In this document: positions 57,342 through 64,000 of the stretch, in pieces
How the letters are laid out: every line of letters starts with the position of its first letter
Position numbering within the stretch: position 1 is the stretch's first letter
Notes under the pieces: generated by a model
The model's input: the letters and a program-made list of their open reading frames with translations, nothing else
The model's database searches: none
What the model was told of the DNA's origin: nothing
Made by a program: the position numbers and the translations under genes
DNA from: Candidatus Obscuribacteraceae bacterium
GTDB taxonomy: Bacteria > Cyanobacteriota > Vampirovibrionia > Obscuribacterales > Obscuribacteraceae
Assembly: GCA_044226015.1 (NCBI GenBank)
Contig: JBGAHS010000002.1
Coordinates: forward strand, 593,571 to 657,570
DNA length: 64,000 nt
Reading direction: 5' to 3'

Positions 57342-58769
57342 TTAACGGGAAATGGTATCACGACTCTGATCTGACTTCAGTGCATCTCGATATACGGACT
57401 CGATGTCATCAACCATTTGAGGAACAGTTCTCTCTGGAGCTATATTGTCTCTCATCCTCTCCAGAAGCTCAGGGTCAGCGAGCAATTGCTTCATTTGCTC
57501 GGCCAGAGAGTTTACGTTATTTAATTCGAACACAAATCCATTGAAACCATGCCTGATCAACTCGGCCATACCGCCCAAGTTAGTGACGATTAAGGGTGTC
57601 TTTGTGGCTAGTGCAGATTGAATCACAAGTGGAGTGTTTTCATACCAACGTGAAGGCACCACGAGCACATCCATATTTTGCAAGACATCACCAAGCTGTG
57701 AGTTCGGGAAAGTACCCATGAAGTGAATCTTGTCTTTGCTTGCTGAATCAGCCGCTACAAGCCTGGTAAGAGTATTACCATAGTCGCTGAATTGATTGAG
57801 GTCACCATAGATTTTTAGTTCTGCCTTGCAGTCTGCAGCTAAGCTCTGAAAAGCTTTGATGAGCAAATCAGGACCTTTGTGCTCAAACAAAGTTCCAATA
57901 AAACCAAAGCGCAGCACAGGGCTTTCTGTCTTTTTCTGAAACGGAATTAGCGGAGCACTGTCAATGCCGAAAGGTACATGCTTAATCAACTCAGCCTTGA
58001 TGCCGTTTTCAACAAAAATATCGCGCATCAAATGTGTCGGAACCATGATTGCCCTGGTTTTATTTGCGGCTTCACGCAAAACAGCAGGACGACTCACGGT
58101 GGAGGCTATAGCCTCTGGCGCTTTCGCGGAAACATAAGCTGCAAGCAGACTGCCTTCCATCATGCGCTTGAGCGGAACAGGACCAGATTCCAGAGCTGCC
58201 TCAAGAATAGGAAACTTCTGTTTCAGTTTCTCAACTAGTTCGCTTCGTGGCGGTATCAAGTGCGGTGTATAGCAAGACAGACAGTTAGTTGCCAAAGCGG
58301 AAGGACCTCTGCATACACTGCCATCAGGCTTTTTCAATTGCACAATGGGGCAAACAAACCAGAAATCAGTTGTGGAACAGACCACGGGAATAGCACGTTC
58401 TACTGCAACATCAATAATGCTGGACGATAAATTCTGAGCATGAAAAATGTGCAACAAATCAGGCTTGAATTCATCGAGCACCGACCGGAAATGCTCACCG
58501 ATAGCTGGGTGCTTGAACTCGTGCTCAAAAGTGTAACCCTGCAGGCGAAGTGATTCACCGATAGAGTGAACTTTCACGCCATCGTGTTCGTATTTTGAAA
58601 CCATCTCGCCAGTAGCATGTCGCGCATCGGTATCAGGTGGACTTGCTGTAAATACTAAAACCTCATAGTTGCGGCGCTGCAATTCCTGCGCCACCTTCAG
58701 CGTGAGCACCTCAGTGCCAGCTTTGTGTTCAGGAAAAAACTTATGAACGGTAAGTAAGACCCGTTTCAT
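57342..58769 (-). CDS. GT4 glycosyltransferase
   Basis: AGTE, DFWFVCP, HKG, PSRWYENTPLVIQSA. Confidence 0.9.
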   Translation of the reverse strand: MKRVLLTVHKFFPEHKAGTEVLTLKVAQELQRRNYEVLVFTASPPDTDARHATGEMVSKYEHDGVKVHSIGESLRLQGYTFEHEFKHPAIGEHFRSVLDEFKPDLLHIFHAQNLSSSIIDVAVERAIPVVCSTTDFWFVCPIVQLKKPDGSVCRGPSALATNCLSCYTPHLIPPRSELVEKLKQKFPILEAALESGPVPLKRMMEGSLLAAYVSAKAPEAIASTVSRPAVLREAANKTRAIMVPTHLMRDIFVENGIKAELIKHVPFGIDSAPLIPFQKKTESPVLRFGFIGTLFEHKGPDLLIKAFQSLAADCKAELKIYGDLNQFSDYGNTLTRLVAADSASKDKIHFMGTFPNSQLGDVLQNMDVLVVPSRWYENTPLVIQSALATKTPLIVTNLGGMAELIRHGFNGFVFELNNVNSLAEQMKQLLADPELLERMRDNIAPERTVPQMVDDIESVYRDALKSDQSRDTISR

Positions 58770-59011
58770 TATTCGTGCCGCAATTGCCCCTCAATGGCAT
58801 CAAAATGGATATCCGCAACAATATGGCTGATATCCGCTCCAATTATAGGTGCAGCGAGGGCAATCCCCGTTTTAGCAGCGTTACATTTCTCAACTCTAAA
58901 GCCCTTTCGTGGCTGTCTAAAAGCTATCTCAAACAGATTACAAGCAGTGCAACTAAAATATGGTGTTGATCCTGAGCCGAATTTCGCGGTGTTTGTGAAG
59001 GAAAACTTAGA

Positions 59012-60580
59012 GTGCGCATCTGTCTTATTTCCAGAGAATATCCCCCCGAAACAGGTTTCGGAGGCATTGCGACGTTTGTGCGACACCTGGCACATGGTCT
59101 CAAGGAAATAGGACATGACGTCGAAGTGGTGGCTCTAGCAAAAGAGCACGAACGGCTCGTCGATGACAACGGCATCAATGTACATCGCGTTCTGCCTTAT
59201 CAACTCGAAGGCGAACTCGATGCTGTAAACAGGTGTATGCCGTACAGCCGATATGTGATGCTGACCACGCTTGCACTCTGGAGAAAATTCTTTGAATTGC
59301 ATCAGGCAAAGCCTTTTGATGTGGTTGAGACTCCTGAGTTATTAGCAGAGTCGCTATACGCTTCGGTACTACGCATAGTACCACTCGTAATTCGACTGTA
59401 CACACCTCACAGCAAATTCATGGCTGAGAATCTGCACAATACAGCCGCCACATTCGACCATATGTTCCTTGCGTCGCTTGAGCGAGTCGCTATGGCAGGG
59501 GCAGATGTGCTCACATCGCCAAGTAAGGACTTAGCGTCATTTGTCTCGCAAGATTTGCCTTGCCCAGTTGAAAACATAAAGATAATTCCCAACCCGATCG
59601 ACCCAGACGAATTCTCACCGGAAGGTGAACGAGCTATCGAGCCCGAAGGCAAAAATACAGTGTTGTTCGTGGGCAGACTGGAAGAGCGCAAAGGCGTAAA
59701 TTATCTTGTGCAGGCTATTCCTGCGGTGCTCAAAGAATGCCCCGATACTCGTTTTGTGATTATCGGAGATGACACCATGTATGCTGCCGGCGGCTTGCGC
59801 TCGGTGCTGGAAGACCTCAAAAAGACACTTGCAGAAAATTCCTGCCAGCACGCTGTCACCTTCATCAACCGCATTCCACTTGCAGATCTACCAAAGTACT
59901 ACCGTTCGGCAGACATCAGCGTAGTACCTTCGTTATACGACAATTCACCGTACACCTGCCTCGAAGCTATGGCTTGTGGACGAGCTGTCATTGGCACCTC
60001 AGCTGGTGGCACGAAAGAGTATATCGAAGATGGAGAATCAGGAATGATTGTTCCACCGAAAGACCCACAAGCTATCGCTGAGGCAATCATTAAGCTGCTC
60101 AAAGAACCAGGTTACAGACAGTATTTGAGTGAAAACGCTAGAAAACAAGTTCTGCAAAAATTTCAGCGCAAGAAAATCGCGGCAGACACTACCGAACTAT
60201 ACGAGCTTGCCATTTCGCGACATGCAACGAACCACAAGTCTCTATACTTGAGACCTCCAGATCAGCTCGTTCCAGATGCAGCGGTAATGTTATACGCACT
60301 AGACCGTATGATCTACAGCTTGATGTTCCAGGAGTCATATCGATTCAGACTCTCACATAGACTTCATTACATGATGCATCGACCACGGCTATTTGCCGCA
60401 AAATTATTGCTTACTGCAATTCGCCCCATCTCTTCGCTGATATATCCTCGAAAAGACAAGGTCCTCAAAATTCAAACCTGGCTTGAGAGCCAGGTTCAAG
60501 CAAGACAGGAAGACCCCTTTGCAAAAGTCCTGGAGTATGCGCGTTCAACCGAGCGCACGCCTCAGAACATGACAAAATAG
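59012..60580 (+). CDS. GT4 glycosyltransferase
   Basis: SREYPP...GGI, VGRLEERKG, PSLYDNSPYTCLEAMACG. Confidence 0.92.
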   Translation: MRICLISREYPPETGFGGIATFVRHLAHGLKEIGHDVEVVALAKEHERLVDDNGINVHRVLPYQLEGELDAVNRCMPYSRYVMLTTLALWRKFFELHQAKPFDVVETPELLAESLYASVLRIVPLVIRLYTPHSKFMAENLHNTAATFDHMFLASLERVAMAGADVLTSPSKDLASFVSQDLPCPVENIKIIPNPIDPDEFSPEGERAIEPEGKNTVLFVGRLEERKGVNYLVQAIPAVLKECPDTRFVIIGDDTMYAAGGLRSVLEDLKKTLAENSCQHAVTFINRIPLADLPKYYRSADISVVPSLYDNSPYTCLEAMACGRAVIGTSAGGTKEYIEDGESGMIVPPKDPQAIAEAIIKLLKEPGYRQYLSENARKQVLQKFQRKKIAADTTELYELAISRHATNHKSLYLRPPDQLVPDAAVMLYALDRMIYSLMFQESYRFRLSHRLHYMMHRPRLFAAKLLLTAIRPISSLIYPRKDKVLKIQTWLESQVQARQEDPFAKVLEYARSTERTPQNMTK

Positions 60581-60605
60581 TACGATCAGGTGAAACGAGC
60601 AAACT

Positions 60606-63509
60606 ATGCTAGCTGAGACGCAGGACAAAGCTGACAATAAAGATCAGCCTGCCTCATCTGCGCAGGCGCAAAAAACATGGATGATTGAACTATCGGCCCT
60701 GTTTGTTTTTGCCCTGCTGATACGCTGTGCGTTCAATTTTTGGATTCCTCACGTCAACAATTTCGCTGCCTGCGACGCATTTGAATACATAAATAACGGA
60801 CAGGCACTAATGCAACTTGGCGCACAGCCCGCAGCTTTCTGGCAAGCTTGCATGAGCGTCTTAGCTGGCAACCACTCTGCTGATACATTGAAGCTGGTGA
60901 AGGAGGGATTGGAACCTCTCAAAGACTTCTACATTAGCGGACCAGTATATCCTGCGGTTCTTGCGCTAAATATAATCGCGTTTGGAGGCGGCGTAGGTAA
61001 CGTTCACAACGCGTGGCCAGCGCTTCTCTTTGGAAACAGCTTAGTTTCAGCGTTGACGTGCGTATTCATTGCATTGATTGCCCAAGAGTCTTTTGGCAAA
61101 AGAGAGGCAAGATTTGCAGGCATAATTTCTGCTATTTACCCGGCATTCATTGTAAATAGCGGAAGACTTTATTCCGAAACATTCGCGTGCTTCTTACTTT
61201 CAGCGCTTGCGTACCTGACAATAAGAGGCTTCCGTAATGGCGGTAATAATCTGGTACTAGTTTTTCTCAGCGGCTTTCTTGCAGCGGCACTACAACTGAC
61301 CCGCTCAGTCATGTCAGCCCTTAGTCTGGCCCTCATTCCAATTACTGCGTTGCAACAACAAGGCAAAAGACGACTCTTCTTTTTGTTGCCATTCATTATT
61401 GGATTTTCGCTGGTGGCGGTTCCTTGGCTTGCTTTTCAGAAGTTAGCTTTTGGTGGTGGCGGGTTAGTCGTTGACAGAGTCGGTCACTACAATTTCTTCA
61501 TCGGCAATAATATTGACACGCAAGGATGGCTCTCTTATCCATATCCCGATGGAAGAAATGTTGAATCAACAAGTTTTCCGCAGCTTTTTAGCTCAGCGTT
61601 CAAGAAGAGCCCTGCCCGCTGGACCCGGCTGATGCTGGATAAACCACTGCGATTGTTTAAGTACCCCTGGAACGATTTCCGCACCGCCATTGGTGCCATT
61701 TCATTTAAGTGGCAAGTCGCGATTCATGAGCTTGTTCTCTTTCTATCATTGCTCGGGTTGACATTGTGTACGCTTCTGTCATTTCCGCAAATGGCTGACA
61801 GAAAGCAACTCTACTCACGGCTCTTTCTTGCAGGGCTGTTTGCATTCCACTGCGTTTACTACCTGTTCATCACGGTGCCACGATATAACCTTACTTCCAT
61901 TCCAGAGATGATCATATTTGCAGCAGCGGCGCTTGGACTCGCTAGCAGAATGATAGAAGATAAGCAAACGCGTTCTCAAGGCTTGCTTTTGACGGGCAGC
62001 AGCATCGCCCTATTTCTTTTGATGAGGTTGAATCTTCTTGGAGTTTTTGCAAATCTCGCAAGCGTAGAGACTTCGTGGGTTTTACAATCAGCATTGCGCT
62101 TTATTGCATTTGCAGCAGTCATCTTCTCATGCGTGCGCAGTGTGCAAAGTAGCGCCGGTTACAAGCGAACTGCGCTGACAGCTCTGTCCTTAATGGCAAT
62201 CGCTATTTGCCCTTTAATAGTGATGCCTTTGCGTGCAAACGGACGACTCCAAGAATGGCACGTTGAGCTCAAGCCTGGCGAACAAGTTCAGCAAGAAATG
62301 CAATTAGCTCGGAGTGAATTGCAAAAAACGATTTATTTGCTGGTAGACACTGAAGGCGTGAAGCAGGGTGCAGATGGGTTTGAACTCAGCATCAATGGCG
62401 AAAAATTAAGCGGTCCGCTTTTGCCCAGTATGGCATTTGCTGAGGACTTTGACCGGTTTCTTGACCTGGGAAATAACAGTGTTCAACGAGAAGGTGAACG
62501 CATGTGGGATTCCCTGACGAATTCTGCAGACTGCGGAAATATCGACCTGCGGCAATGGTCAATGATTCCCATTCCGAGTTCTGTACTGAAGCGCGTAGCG
62601 AACGAATCTAGCACTAACGATAAGCAAACCTTATCTCTCAACGTAAGCATCAAGAATGCTGGTCATCAGATCATTAGACTTTACGGAAGTTATGACACTG
62701 GCAATAAAGAACGGCTTCTGCCCAGCGTTGCATCTTATTCCTGGGAAAAAGTATTTTACGGAGTAGAAAACGACGAAGGCTTGACTGACACCAGATATGA
62801 CATCAAGGTTCCGGCAAGCACATTGAGTGTCAGAAAACAAGATTTGAGCGATGAACCCGGTCTTCAAAACGGCGTATACAATCTCGCATTTCTAATTGCA
62901 CCACCGGTCAGTTCGCAAAATGAAAGACTGAATTCATCAGTTCCCACAGTTGAGCACCAGAGCGATTCAATGAAGGAACTTGCTTCTTTTGAGGTTCCCA
63001 TCTTGGAGAAAATAGAAAGCAAGAAAGGAGTTAACATTCCCATTGATCTCGACACTGCTGTTGAAGGTCCTAACAGTCTGAACACATTGCTAAGACAACC
63101 TTCTAAAAGAATTTGGGCTTCCAAAATAAATAATGATACAGTCTGGCTATTTGTAGTAAAAGGTTCCAGTAAAGTTAGGTCTGGCTCCGCCTGCCCTGCC
63201 GCCGAAATCACAACTACCTACACACGCCCAGATGGCAGCAAGTACACTTACAAATCATCATGGATTCCACGGCGCTTGCCCCGCGAAAACATCGGCGAGA
63301 ATGCGCCATTCGAGTTCATTGTTCCAATAAAACCAATTGTTCAAGGAGCGAAAGCTAGCTTCGCAAATTTGAACCTGCGCATAACGACGAAAGAGTCTCA
63401 GTACCTGAATTTGCAAAAACAGCCCGAAGGAATCATCGATTTCGAATCTGAAATCAAGTTGTTGAGCTTGCCTTCAAACCCTATCGGCTTAGGCCATCAG
63501 GTCATGTAA
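60606..63509 (+). CDS. ArnT/PMT-like GT-C glycosyltransferase, paralog of 6126-9020
   Basis: GPVYPAVLA, YPAFIVNSGRLYSETF, PRYNLTSIP, and shared C-terminal blocks. Confidence 0.75.
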   Translation: MLAETQDKADNKDQPASSAQAQKTWMIELSALFVFALLIRCAFNFWIPHVNNFAACDAFEYINNGQALMQLGAQPAAFWQACMSVLAGNHSADTLKLVKEGLEPLKDFYISGPVYPAVLALNIIAFGGGVGNVHNAWPALLFGNSLVSALTCVFIALIAQESFGKREARFAGIISAIYPAFIVNSGRLYSETFACFLLSALAYLTIRGFRNGGNNLVLVFLSGFLAAALQLTRSVMSALSLALIPITALQQQGKRRLFFLLPFIIGFSLVAVPWLAFQKLAFGGGGLVVDRVGHYNFFIGNNIDTQGWLSYPYPDGRNVESTSFPQLFSSAFKKSPARWTRLMLDKPLRLFKYPWNDFRTAIGAISFKWQVAIHELVLFLSLLGLTLCTLLSFPQMADRKQLYSRLFLAGLFAFHCVYYLFITVPRYNLTSIPEMIIFAAAALGLASRMIEDKQTRSQGLLLTGSSIALFLLMRLNLLGVFANLASVETSWVLQSALRFIAFAAVIFSCVRSVQSSAGYKRTALTALSLMAIAICPLIVMPLRANGRLQEWHVELKPGEQVQQEMQLARSELQKTIYLLVDTEGVKQGADGFELSINGEKLSGPLLPSMAFAEDFDRFLDLGNNSVQREGERMWDSLTNSADCGNIDLRQWSMIPIPSSVLKRVANESSTNDKQTLSLNVSIKNAGHQIIRLYGSYDTGNKERLLPSVASYSWEKVFYGVENDEGLTDTRYDIKVPASTLSVRKQDLSDEPGLQNGVYNLAFLIAPPVSSQNERLNSSVPTVEHQSDSMKELASFEVPILEKIESKKGVNIPIDLDTAVEGPNSLNTLLRQPSKRIWASKINNDTVWLFVVKGSSKVRSGSACPAAEITTTYTRPDGSKYTYKSSWIPRRLPRENIGENAPFEFIVPIKPIVQGAKASFANLNLRITTKESQYLNLQKQPEGIIDFESEIKLLSLPSNPIGLGHQVM

Positions 63510-63638
63510 TATTCGTAGAAAACTGCAGTTCAAATAACAAAAAGCAAACCTTATTGAAGAAAATCGAGCGCGAAGCCTGTAAACTTTGCGAAGAGAAGAA
63601 ATCTGTGTTAACTTTTTGATGGATGTGGAGGGTTTCCC

Positions 63639-64000
63639 GTGCGGGCTACTGCTTCAGTAGCGCTAACAGCGATTTGCTTGGTTCAGGCTTTATCATGCCT
63701 GGCAGCAACTCACACTGCCTCAATGGTCCCCAAAATCTCAGAAAGAAGCCCCAGCACATCGAGCGCAGAAGCCGAAAACAGGTTAACAGGGACAGCATCT
63801 TTTAGCGCAAGCCTCACGGCAAGAGACTATGACCAGGGATTGAAGGATTTGAGCCTCCGCCTTTATGGTCCAGCAAAAGAACGGCTTGCGCGAGCACTTG
63901 AGAGCTTATCTAAAACTAGAGACGGAAATGAGCAGAAAGCGCGGGCAAAACTTAGCCTGGCGGAAGCTTACTTAGGTCTAGAAAATTACCCGCGGGCCAA
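63639..64000 (+). CDS. Exported TPR-like protein, 5' part only, runs off the window
   Basis: GGAGGG then GTG at 63639; manual translation MRATASVALTAICLVQALSCLAA...ARAKLSLAEAYLGLENYPRA, open to the window end. Confidence 0.65.
   Translation, partial: MRATASVALTAICLVQALSCLAATHTASMVPKISERSPSTSSAEAENRLTGTASFSASLTARDYDQGLKDLSLRLYGPAKERLARALESLSKTRDGNEQKARAKLSLAEAYLGLENYPRA

Noticed and set aside
63623..63805. 60-aa ORF from the track
   Set aside because: A different frame starting at GTG 63639 has a better ribosome-binding site, a signal peptide and TPR-like content.

Overview
Gene-dense bacterial chromosomal window with about 40 CDSs. I found no rRNA, tRNA, CRISPR array, transposase or prophage. 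The gene content suggests a non-photosynthetic cyanobacterial relative (Melainabacteria/Vampirovibrionia, Obscuribacterales-like); this is inferred from three membrane Ser/Thr kinases, a DUF4388-GGDEF protein and many large GT-C glycosyltransferases, not from a marker gene. Both ends carry surface-glycosylation genes: an MBOAT, two YfhO-like and three ArnT/PMT/TMTC-like GT-C proteins, a GtrB/CsbB-like GT2, an epimerase and two GT4. The middle holds housekeeping, metal and peptide genes (mutM, oppA, copA, cax, gdhA, M1/S9/S10 peptidases, macrodomain, BKACE, RtcB, NCS2 permease). Main observations: (1) a three-gene cluster at 42223-45503 with the architecture of ferrosome (fez) iron-organelle loci, whose ATPase has non-canonical membrane metal ligands; (2) an unannotated 52-aa CxxGxC small ORF followed by a candidate three-way-junction structured RNA and a terminator at 39235-39595; (3) a 10-copy 16-bp GATC-dense tandem array and two other degenerate intergenic arrays; (4) an RtcB2-type ligase with no adjacent prfH; (5) an unusual LRV-repeat/REC/TPR regulator. 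All family assignments come from motif recognition by eye, not database searches.
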